DNA from: Gemmatimonadota bacterium
GTDB lineage: Bacteria; Gemmatimonadota; Gemmatimonadetes; Gemmatimonadales; GWC2-71-9
DNA length: 45,020 nt
NCBI GenBank assembly: GCA_039591655.1
Contig: JBDHDE010000037.1
Coordinates: 1-45,020, forward strand
Direction: 5' to 3'
The position numbers and the translations under genes are program-made. Positions 36,809 through 45,020 of the stretch are shown here, piece after piece. Within the stretch, counting starts at the first letter, position 1. Each line of letters starts with the position of its first letter. The notes beneath the pieces are model-generated. The model ran no database searches, was not told where the DNA came from, and saw only the letters and a program-made list of their open reading frames with translations.

Positions 36809-37691
36809 CCCCGGTGCGCGGGAGCCCGCGCTGCAGGATCCCCTTCCAGACATCGAGGCCGATGCGCGGCGGGTGGCGGAGATGGCCCTCGCCGAGGACG
36901 GCGAGCGTGACGCCACCACCGAGCTGCTGGGCTGCGCCGGAGCTCCGGTCGGCGCGGTCGTCCAGTACCGCGGAGGTGGGGTAGTCGCCGGCACGGCGTA
37001 CGCCGACGCGGTGGCGCTGGCGTGCGGCTGCCCGGGCTTGGAATGGGCGGCCCTCGACGGGACCGCTGTGGAGCCCGGAGCCGCCATCGGGCGTCTGTGG
37101 GGGGAGTTGGTCGCCGTCCTCCGCGCCGAGCGGCCCATGCTGAACCTGCTGCAGCGAGCCTGCGGGATCGCCTCCACCACGCGCCGCTACGTGGAGGCGC
37201 TGGCCGGCCTGAGGTGCACGGTGCTCCACACCCGGAAGACCGCCCCCGGGCTCAGGGGCCTGGACGTGCGGGCCGTCCTGGCCGGGGGTGGGGGGCAGCA
37301 TCGGGTCGGGCTCGCGCGGCGGGTGCTGTTCAAGGACAACCACTGGGCGGCCCTGGCGCGGGAGGGCGGCGACCTCGGCAGCGTGCTGCGGGTGGCGCGG
37401 GATCGGGGCATCCGGGCGCTATACGTGGAGGTGGAGTCGCTGGAGCAGGTGGAGCAGGCTTGCGCCGCCGGCGCCACGCGGCTGCTGGTGGACAATCAGC
37501 TGCCGGCGACCGTGGGGGAGTGGGCGCGGGTGGCCCGCGGCCTCGCTCCCGGCGTCGAGCTGGAAGCATCGGGGGGGGTCACCCTGGAGAGCGTGCGGGC
37601 GTACGCGGAGGCCGGAGCCGACTTCGTGTCGATCGGCGCGCTAACTCACAGCGTGGCTGCGGCCGACGTCGCGCTGGAGATCGCCAGCTAG
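36801..37691 (+). CDS. nadC: Nicotinate-nucleotide diphosphorylase (carboxylating)
   Basis: ALAED, AERPMLNLLQ, TRKTAPGLR, HRVGL, FKDNH, VEVES, EASGGVT, GADFVSIGALTHS. Confidence 0.95.
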   Translation: MTDPGAREPALQDPLPDIEADARRVAEMALAEDGERDATTELLGCAGAPVGAVVQYRGGGVVAGTAYADAVALACGCPGLEWAALDGTAVEPGAAIGRLWGELVAVLRAERPMLNLLQRACGIASTTRRYVEALAGLRCTVLHTRKTAPGLRGLDVRAVLAGGGGQHRVGLARRVLFKDNHWAALAREGGDLGSVLRVARDRGIRALYVEVESLEQVEQACAAGATRLLVDNQLPATVGEWARVARGLAPGVELEASGGVTLESVRAYAEAGADFVSIGALTHSVAAADVALEIAS

Positions 37692-37705
37692 CGAGCGGGA
37701 GGGGC

Positions 37706-38760
37706 CTACGTCGGCGCCTTGCGCAACATCCACAGGCCCGCGCTGCCGAACATGATGTTGGGGAGCCAGGCGGCCAGGGTCGGGGGGATGAGGCCGCCGG
37801 AGCCGATGGTACGCGAGAGTTGTACCAGCACCAGGAAGGTCACCGCCGTCCGCTGATGCGCGGCCCGCCCACTACCAGCGGGACCGAGAAGATGGCGATG
37901 ATGATGCAGGTGCACGGCACGGCCAGCTTGAGTGCCAGCTCGACCCGCAGCAGCCGGGGGTCCCCTCCCGAGCGTTCCAAGGCGTCCACGTACCGGTCCA
38001 GCTCGGCGTAGCGCATCTCCTGGGGCTTCTTGGGCTCCACCATGAGCTGTGCGGGGTCCTCCACCAGACGCTGGAGCCGCAGCGAGTCGAACGCGAAGGT
38101 GAGCTCGCTGGAGGGGCCCTCAACGAGGCGGAAGCGGCCGTTCTGCAGTGACCATTTCTCGGTGCCGTCGTTGTAGCGGGCCCGCTGAGCCTGGATCGAG
38201 AGCGTAGGATAATCCGGGCCCGTCCCCTCCCGCGCCAGCACCACGCCTTCCATGCGGCGGCGTGTGAGGTTGAGTTGCCGGACCATGTACACCCACCCCT
38301 CCTCCGCACGGTACACGAAGTTGTATCTCGCCCCCTGCGTGCGCTGGGCCAGCTCGCCTAGGAGCTCGAGGTTGCGGCGGGTGGCGGGCGGGGCGAGCTC
38401 GCCGATCACCAGTCCAATGCCCGATGCCACCAGCGCGCCGATGAGCACCGGTACGACGAGGCGGTGCACGCTGCGACCCGAGGCCTTGGCGGCGGTGAGC
38501 TCCGTGTGGCGGTTCATGTTCCCGACGCTGAACACGGTGGCGAACAGTACGGCGGCGGGGAGGATGAGGAAGATCCGGTCGGGCAGGCTGAAGAAGTAGG
38601 CCAGGGCGATGGCGCTGGGCTCGAGGTCCTTGATCAGGTAGTCATCGAGCTTCTCCGCCAACTCGATCACGATCACGAAGACCGGCAGCCCCAGCGCCGA
38701 GAACAGGAAGATGTTCACCCACTCCCGGAGGAGATAGCCGTCGAGGATCGTGAGCCGCAT
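37706..38760 (-). CDS. lptG: LPS export ABC permease LptG; frameshifted near the 3' end as assembled
   Basis: MRLTILDGYLLRE, ILPAAVLFAT, ELTAAKASGRS, KLAVP. The frame stops at 37840, but the LptG tail (FLVLVQLSRTIG...LAAWLPNIMF) continues in another frame to 37706. Confidence 0.85.
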
Positions 38761-40262
38761 CAGGTCGCTGCGGCCCGGGCTGCCAGGGCGGGGCCGCGGC
38801 GCCGGCCTCGCCGCGGTGCCGTGCCCTCTTTGCGCACCCACCGGAGGCCCGCCAGGCCCAGGATGGTCATGAGGATGTTGGAGCCCCACATGGCCAGAAA
38901 CGGTGGGACGATGAGTCGATTGGCCAGCGTCTCACCGGCGATCAGCCCGATGTAGTAGACCAGGAAGATGGCCATGCCGGCCCCCAGCACGAGCCCGATA
39001 CCGCCCCGGGGAAAGCGCACTGCCAGGGGCACGCCTACCAGGACGAAGACGATGCAGGCGGCGGGAATCGAGTACTTCTTGTGCAGCTCCACCAGGTATA
39101 TCGCTTCCCGGATGCGGGCGGCGTGAGCCCGCTCCCGCAGCAGGCGCACGTTGCTCGGCCGGACCTGCGGCACCACGCCGCTTCTGAAGGCGCGGCGCGC
39201 GGGCTCGTTGAACTGGGACGTGAGCGCGCGTGTGGCGGAGTCCTGGGCCGCCTCCGGCGCCCTCGCCGCTCCTTGCTGCGCCTCGAGCTCCCTGGGGCCG
39301 AACCAGCCGGCAAACACGCCCAGCGCCCGGCAGTAGATGCTCCCCCGCCGGGGGGGCGGCGTCGTGTCCGGCGCCTGGGCGGGCAGCCCCACCAGGCCCC
39401 GCAGCCCGTTGGTCGCGGCCTCCGCGGCCTGCCGCCCGATGGTCACAACCTCCCTCCGGGAGTTCAGCACCACCTCCTCGAGCTGGCAGATCCCCATCTC
39501 GCGGTCGCCCCGGTAGTCGTCACCCTCACGCCGCACGAACTCGCTCCCGACCCCCCGGACCAGCACGGTCTGGCGGGTGAAGCCGGTCTGTTGGAACACC
39601 CGGGGGTCTTCGCGGTCAAACTCATGTATGGCGCCGTCGTACAGCGTGAGCTGGAGGTCCTCCTGGTTGGGGGCGAAGGCCATGTAGCCGCTGTCGGCGT
39701 AGATCGTGCGGGTCTGCTCCACGAGGTTGTAGAGCGTGACGTCCCGCAGGCGGTAGGTCGCGTAGTCGATATGGGCCGCTCTGAGCAGCACCCGGCCCTT
39801 CTGGACCTCGTTGATCACGTGCTCCTTGAGGGAGAACGTGGGCTTCTGACGATAGATGTCGGTCATCAGGGTGCGCAGGCGGTGGTTGGTGCGCGGTAGC
39901 ACCTGATCGCCGAACAGGAAGGAGACCAGGGCCACGACGGTGGCGGCCGCCAGGAGCGGCCGCAACAGCTGTCCGAGCGACACCCCTCCCGCCCGGATGG
40001 CCGTGAGCTCGCGGTCGCCGGTCATCCGGCTCATCGTATACAGCACCGCCACGAGGACGGCCATCGAGAGCGTGATCGCGATGAGGAAGGGAATGGTGAG
40101 GAGGAAGAACTCGACGATCACCGTCCAGGGGAGTCCCTTCCCGATGAGATCCCCGAGCTTGCGCGCGATCTGGCGCAGCAGCTCGAAGCTCGTGAGCGCC
40201 GTCAGGGCGAACACGAAGGGCAGCGCATGCTGGCGCAGCAGGTAACGCCGCAGGATCTTCAT
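38760..40262 (-). CDS. lptF: LPS export ABC permease LptF
   Basis: MKILRRYLLR, DRELTAIRAGGVS, ELHKKYSIPAACIVFVLVGVPL, MWGSN; TGATG-coupled to lptG. Confidence 0.9.
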   Translation of the reverse strand: MKILRRYLLRQHALPFVFALTALTSFELLRQIARKLGDLIGKGLPWTVIVEFFLLTIPFLIAITLSMAVLVAVLYTMSRMTGDRELTAIRAGGVSLGQLLRPLLAAATVVALVSFLFGDQVLPRTNHRLRTLMTDIYRQKPTFSLKEHVINEVQKGRVLLRAAHIDYATYRLRDVTLYNLVEQTRTIYADSGYMAFAPNQEDLQLTLYDGAIHEFDREDPRVFQQTGFTRQTVLVRGVGSEFVRREGDDYRGDREMGICQLEEVVLNSRREVVTIGRQAAEAATNGLRGLVGLPAQAPDTTPPPRRGSIYCRALGVFAGWFGPRELEAQQGAARAPEAAQDSATRALTSQFNEPARRAFRSGVVPQVRPSNVRLLRERAHAARIREAIYLVELHKKYSIPAACIVFVLVGVPLAVRFPRGGIGLVLGAGMAIFLVYYIGLIAGETLANRLIVPPFLAMWGSNILMTILGLAGLRWVRKEGTAPRRGRRRGPALAARAAAT

Positions 40263-40283
40263 ATAGGAGCGTAACTCACCAAC

Positions 40284-40312
40284 TTGTAACGACTTGAGGC
40301 GGCCATTATATT
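40284..40312 (+). promoter_or_regulatory. Putative sigma70 promoter of sprA
   Basis: TTGTAA-N17-TATATT in the lptF/sprA divergent gap. Confidence 0.45.
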
Positions 40313-40357
40313 CTCCAACCTCACCTCACACAAGGCTTACCCGCTTCCGGGTCCAAA

Positions 40358-43300
40358 GTGTCCCGTTACCGCGTCACGGTCGCCCTGACGGCGTTCCTCG
40401 CCGCGGCGGGTCCGCTGGCCGCGCAGCAGCCCGGCGCGGCGCCGCCCCGGGTGCCGCTGCGTATCGGGCCGGACACCCTGGTGTTGCGCACCTGGGCGGC
40501 CCTGCATCCCGGTGGGTGGTTGGGGCCTGCCACCACCCCGGCGCTCGTGACCGATCGCTGGGAGGTCGATACCCGAGCGCTCATCGCCCGTGCCCGTGCG
40601 GATCGCGCCCGCGGTCACCTGCTCACTGCGCTCGGCCTCCGGCCGGGTGTGCCGGCCGACACCGGGCGCCGGCGCATCGCCATCCCCCGCCCCGCGGACA
40701 TGGCAGCGCAGCCCGAGGCGCCCCGGGCATTTGCAGCCCTCGGCCGATATGCCGATATCGGGCTCGACCTGCGCGCCCGCCTGGAGATGAAGCTCGACCG
40801 GCTGCGCAACGCCCAATGCACGGCTGCAGACGTGGGCAACCCGGCCTCGGGTTGTCAGGGCGGCTTCCCCACGCCGGGCTTCGACCAGCAGTTCCGCGTG
40901 CTGGCCGGAGGCGTCTTGAGTAACCGGTTCTACGTCAACGTGGACTTCGACACCGAGCGGGAGTTCAGCGTCAACAATAACATCAATGTGTGGTATCAGG
41001 GGCTGGAGGACGAGATCCTGCGGCGGGTGGAGGTAGGAAACGTGACGTTCCGGGCTCCCGGCTCCCGGTTCATCACGGCCGGCATCCCATCCAACTCCTT
41101 TGGGATCATGGCCGATGCCCAACTCGGCCCCATGGAGTTCACCGGGATCTTCGCGCAGCAGAAGGGCTCGTCGGTGCGCACCCGGTCGTTCACCGTGGGC
41201 GAGACGACGACCCAGCCCGTGAGCGTCGAGGCGCGGGACCTGGATTACGAGAGCGGTCGGTTCTTCTACGTGCTGGACCCCCTCACACTGGCGGGCTATC
41301 CCGACATCGACATCCTTTCGATCAATCGCGAATTGCTACCCCCGGAGCAGCAGCTCACTGGCGTGCGCATCTACCGGTTGCGCGCGCAGGCCGGGAACCA
41401 GGGGACCAATGCCAATCTGGGGGGCATTGATGCTGTGGCCGTTCGGGATGACAGCCAGCAGCGCGTGGGCCCATTCACCTGGGAGCTGCTCGTGGAGGGG
41501 CTCGACTACTACCTGGATCCCTCGGGGGTGTGGTTCGCCATGGCGAGCCGCATAGGAACCGATGACTTCCTGGCGGTCTCGTACACCACGGCGTCCGGGG
41601 ACACCGTGGGAACCTTCCCGGCGGTGAATGAGACCGGCGACACCCTCCAGCTGATCTACGAGCCACGGCGGGGCACCGATGTGCCGACGTTCTTCTACGA
41701 GATGCGCAACGTGTACCGCATCGGCGGATCGGGGATCGAACGCGCCTCGCTCGAGCTCACGATCGTAGTCAACGAGTCGGAGCGGCCGCTGGGTGGGGAG
41801 GGCACCTACCTGTCGGCGCTCGGCCTGGCGCTGTCCACCGACCAGTCGACCATCGACGAGTTCAACCGTGTGTTCCCCCGCCTGCGCGACCCCAACAACG
41901 GGGCCCCCATACACGAGATGTACGTGGTCTTTCCCCACGCCACGCCCTTCGACGACAGCGTGCGCCTGCAGCCCGGCGACCTGAACGACTCGCTGTACAA
42001 GACGCCGACGTACCTGCGGCTCAGCGAAGGACCGCCACCGAAGTTCAACCTGCGCTTCCGGTACGAGGCGACCGGTGCGGGCGACCGCTCGACCTTGAGC
42101 CTCGGGGCGATCCAGGTCCGTGACCGGAGCGAGAAGCTGTTCATCGGTAACCGGGAGCTGGTGCGGGGTGCGGATTACACGATGGACTACCAGCTGGGGA
42201 TGGTCACGTTTCTGAATCCCGACTCGCTGTTCGTAGGGCCGACTGAAGTCCGGGCTCAGTTCGAGGAGAACCAACTGTTCGACGTCGCTCCGCAAACCCT
42301 GATGGGCCTGGCGGCGACTTACAACCTCACGCGCAACAGCCGGATTCACGTCATCGGCATGCTCCAGCGGGATCGCACGACGTTCACCCGCCCCCAGCTC
42401 GGGTTCGAGCCGCAGGCAGGCTTCATCGGCGGCGTCAGCGCCGAGCTGCTGTTCCGGGGAGAGGGACTCACGACGCTGCTGAACGCCCTACCGCTGATCG
42501 AGACGACTACACCGTCGCGGATTGAAATCAGTGGCGAGGTGGCGCTGTCGAAGCCCAACCCGAACCGTACGGGCACCGCCTACGTGGACGACTTCCAGGG
42601 CCAGGCATCCGTCACGGTTAGTCTGCTGGAACGCGAGTTCCAGTTGGGGAGCATGCCAACCTCGGGGCAGGGGCTCCCCCCCAGCTACCTGGGAGGGGGC
42701 GGGGAGTTCGTGATGGAGGACGCAGTCCCCATGGTGTGGCAGAATCTGGTCCAGACGGCCACCGGCGCGCTCGACTTCCAGCTCCAGGAGATCGACTCGA
42801 CCGTCGTGCTGGTGGGGTCGGGCGTCCAGACCGAGCCGGTGCTGTGGCTTTCTTTCAAGCCCGACACCGTCGGTGGAGCGCCGGACCCGGTGACCGGGGA
42901 GCCGCGGTGGTTCCTCCCCCACACCCCCGGACCGCGCTGGCGCAGCATCTCCCAGCCCTTCGGGTTCGGGTCCGGTGTGGGCATCGATCTGTCACGAGTG
43001 GAGTTCTTCGAGTTCTGGGTGCTGGAGGACGCGGTGATGACGGCGCGTGCGCAGAATGCAGTGCTCGTATTCGACTTCGGAGCGGTGCAGGAGGATGTGG
43101 TCGGAACCGCCCCCGAAAGTTTCCGCGCGGAGAACGGCGACACCACGTTCAACGGATTCCGGGTCGTCGGTCTCGACGTTCTCGATTCCGAAAAGGACAG
43201 CGTCACCAACACCTACAACGCGTTGGTGGACGATATCGGGATCCTGGGGGACCTCCTGGACTCCATAGTCGATGAGAATACGGGCGATGCAATCCGGGAT

Positions 43301-45020
43301 TTCGCGATGTGTGATCTAGGGGGCGCAGCGGGACTTCCGGTCTTCCCCCTGGGGGATCTGGAGACCATCTGCACGCGGCGCAACAGCCGTCTCAGCACCG
43401 AGGACCTGAACGGAGACAACCGGCTGGACAAGGCGCTAGGCGTGACCGAGGAGAACCTGTTCCGCTACGTCTTCCCCATCGGCGACGAGCAGTTCCACGT
43501 GCGAGACGGAGTGACCCACCTGGATGGGCTCGGACGGCCCCTGACCTGGCGGCTCTACCGCATTCCGTTCCGCGTGGATACGGCGGAGATCGGCCAGCCC
43601 AACATCCGGCAGGTGCAGGCCCTCCGTATGACCATGGTGACGCCGGACCTAGGTGGCGCTGAGGAGGAGTTCTGGGTCGCGATGGCCCGCCTGCGGTTGG
43701 TGGGGGCGCCGTGGATCAAGCGCTCCGACACGCCGATCGCCGGGATAAGCGGTGAGGGGGGGGAGTTTCACGGCGAGGTCCGGGTGACTGTGGCGAGCAC
43801 CGAGGACCAGCAGCTGGGCTACGAGCCCCCACCGGGGACCACGAATCTGCCGGAGCAAACAGGCCAGGCATTCGGGTTCGGCCTCACCCAGATCAACGAG
43901 GCGTCGCTTCGAGTGCTCGCGTTCGACCTGAGGGAAGGGGAGCGGGCTGAGGCGCTCATCCGCTTCACGGGGGAGGCCGACAAGAACCTCCTCAGCTACC
44001 GGAAGATGCGGGTGTGGGCCCGGGGGCGCGGCGCCGGATGGGCAGAGGGCGACCTCGAGTTCTACATCAAGGCGGGACACGACCAGGACAACTTCTACAT
44101 GTACAGGTTGCCGGTTCGGACGGACAGTTGGGAGCCGGAGATCGTGGTGGACCTGGAGCGGTGGCTCGTGCTCCGCGCCCTGATCGAGGAGACCTGGCTC
44201 TCCGGCGTGCCTCCCACGGGGTCGGCGGAGTGCGGCGGTGACAGCACGGCGTACGTGGCCTGCGATGGTCCGTACCTGGTGCACGTGAAGGATCCGGGTA
44301 TCTCGCCCCCCAACTTGGCTCGCGTCTCAGAGATGGCCACGGGTATCCTGCGGGTCGCCGAGACGGTCACGGCGGACCCGGCAGAGCTTTGGGTGGACGA
44401 CATCCGCATGAGCGACGTCGTCGACGATGCCGGCTACGCAACAGCCCTGGACGTGCGCCTCGCGGCGGCGGACGTCTTCGAGCTCGACCTTGGGTTCAGT
44501 CGGCGAGATGACCGGTTCCGGCAACTGGACCAGCGTCCCACCTACGTCACGGACGCTGCGCTCCGGATTGGCGGCGTGTTCCGGGTCGACAAGCTCCTGC
44601 CACAAGCGTGGGGGCTGAGCGTGCCCTTCACCCTGAGCTACACCCGCAGCAGCGCCGATCCGTTCTTCCTCAACAACTCGGACATCTTGGCGGATGCTCT
44701 CACGAGCCTGCGAGAGCCGAAGGCATCCGCCACCCTTTGGGACATCACTTTGCGGCGGGTGAAGCGGGGCGAGGCATTCTGGGAGCGGATGTTCCTGGAT
44801 CCGGTCGTGTTGCAGGTGCGCGGGCAAAACGGCTCCGGCACAACTTCGCTCAACACCGCCACGACCCGGAACCGGCAGTACCGCATAGGCTACGCCCTCT
44901 CTCCTGGGGCCCAGACCATCGCCGGGGCGCCGGGCTTCCTCGTGAACCTGGTCAACTCGCTGCCCGGGTGGATCAAGAACAGCGAGTTCGGCGAAGCCCT
45001 GCGGACCTCCAGGCTGCGGT
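40358..45020 (+). CDS. sprA: SprA (T9SS outer-membrane translocon homologue), 5' part; runs off the window
   Basis: Frame checked at several points from GTG 40358 to the window end (>1550 codons): signal peptide MSRYRVTVALTAFLAAAGPLAAQ; FDQQFRV...VNVDFDTEREF...NINVWYQGLEDEILRRVEVGNV; IFAQQKG; YEMRNVY; LVRGADYTMDYQLG; AYVDDF; TEDLNGD; WRLYRIP; LWVDDIRM. Missing from the ORF track. Confidence 0.9.
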   Translation, partial: MSRYRVTVALTAFLAAAGPLAAQQPGAAPPRVPLRIGPDTLVLRTWAALHPGGWLGPATTPALVTDRWEVDTRALIARARADRARGHLLTALGLRPGVPADTGRRRIAIPRPADMAAQPEAPRAFAALGRYADIGLDLRARLEMKLDRLRNAQCTAADVGNPASGCQGGFPTPGFDQQFRVLAGGVLSNRFYVNVDFDTEREFSVNNNINVWYQGLEDEILRRVEVGNVTFRAPGSRFITAGIPSNSFGIMADAQLGPMEFTGIFAQQKGSSVRTRSFTVGETTTQPVSVEARDLDYESGRFFYVLDPLTLAGYPDIDILSINRELLPPEQQLTGVRIYRLRAQAGNQGTNANLGGIDAVAVRDDSQQRVGPFTWELLVEGLDYYLDPSGVWFAMASRIGTDDFLAVSYTTASGDTVGTFPAVNETGDTLQLIYEPRRGTDVPTFFYEMRNVYRIGGSGIERASLELTIVVNESERPLGGEGTYLSALGLALSTDQSTIDEFNRVFPRLRDPNNGAPIHEMYVVFPHATPFDDSVRLQPGDLNDSLYKTPTYLRLSEGPPPKFNLRFRYEATGAGDRSTLSLGAIQVRDRSEKLFIGNRELVRGADYTMDYQLGMVTFLNPDSLFVGPTEVRAQFEENQLFDVAPQTLMGLAATYNLTRNSRIHVIGMLQRDRTTFTRPQLGFEPQAGFIGGVSAELLFRGEGLTTLLNALPLIETTTPSRIEISGEVALSKPNPNRTGTAYVDDFQGQASVTVSLLEREFQLGSMPTSGQGLPPSYLGGGGEFVMEDAVPMVWQNLVQTATGALDFQLQEIDSTVVLVGSGVQTEPVLWLSFKPDTVGGAPDPVTGEPRWFLPHTPGPRWRSISQPFGFGSGVGIDLSRVEFFEFWVLEDAVMTARAQNAVLVFDFGAVQEDVVGTAPESFRAENGDTTFNGFRVVGLDVLDSEKDSVTNTYNALVDDIGILGDLLDSIVDENTGDAIRDFAMCDLGGAAGLPVFPLGDLETICTRRNSRLSTEDLNGDNRLDKALGVTEENLFRYVFPIGDEQFHVRDGVTHLDGLGRPLTWRLYRIPFRVDTAEIGQPNIRQVQALRMTMVTPDLGGAEEEFWVAMARLRLVGAPWIKRSDTPIAGISGEGGEFHGEVRVTVASTEDQQLGYEPPPGTTNLPEQTGQAFGFGLTQINEASLRVLAFDLREGERAEALIRFTGEADKNLLSYRKMRVWARGRGAGWAEGDLEFYIKAGHDQDNFYMYRLPVRTDSWEPEIVVDLERWLVLRALIEETWLSGVPPTGSAECGGDSTAYVACDGPYLVHVKDPGISPPNLARVSEMATGILRVAETVTADPAELWVDDIRMSDVVDDAGYATALDVRLAAADVFELDLGFSRRDDRFRQLDQRPTYVTDAALRIGGVFRVDKLLPQAWGLSVPFTLSYTRSSADPFFLNNSDILADALTSLREPKASATLWDITLRRVKRGEAFWERMFLDPVVLQVRGQNGSGTTSLNTATTRNRQYRIGYALSPGAQTIAGAPGFLVNLVNSLPGWIKNSEFGEALRTSRLR

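Noticed and set aside
37840..37860. Programmed ribosomal frameshift in lptG
   Set aside because: No slippery heptamer is present and residues appear to be missing, which fits a deletion better.
1..45020. Prophage, IS element, defence island, rRNA or tRNA
   Set aside because: No integrase, transposase, phage structural, restriction/toxin motifs or RNA gene signatures were recognised by eye; a tRNAscan/Rfam run would be needed to exclude small RNAs.

Overview
High-GC bacterial chromosomal window. The gene set (SprA, PorV/PorQ-like barrel, GWxTD protein, standalone Hanks kinase) suggests Gemmatimonadota or a related FCB lineage; this is inference only. No rRNA, tRNA, CRISPR or mobile element was seen. 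Left part (1-18.8 kb): housekeeping and envelope genes (Ser/Thr kinase, MFS, TPR protein, M16 peptidase, OsmC, DsbA-VKOR, ccmABC plus a ccmD missing from the ORF track). It also holds a SigR/SigH-like ECF sigma, ZAS anti-sigma, DUF92 and aquaporin run on the minus strand. That run is interrupted by a 5 x ~50-bp tandem array whose core recurs at the aquaporin start codon. Centre (19.1-30.1 kb): a five-gene outer-membrane operon of TonB-dependent receptor, ~1260-aa secreted protein with a T9SS-CTD-like tail, PorV/PorQ-like barrel, GWxTD protein and Ig/PPC lipoprotein. As assembled, an exact 25-bp tandem duplication cuts the CTD off the large protein. Right part: two tandem aryl-sulfotransferase-like lipoproteins sharing a near-identical 358-bp block, ctaA, a NhaC-family transporter, nadA-nadC, lptF-lptG (lptG frameshifted) and a >4.6-kb sprA gene that is missing from the ORF track and runs off the window. 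The best candidate for an undescribed system is the TBDR/CTD-cargo/PorV/GWxTD module served by SprA, a T9SS-like surface-display and uptake system outside Bacteroidota. All family calls are from motif recognition by eye; no database search was run.
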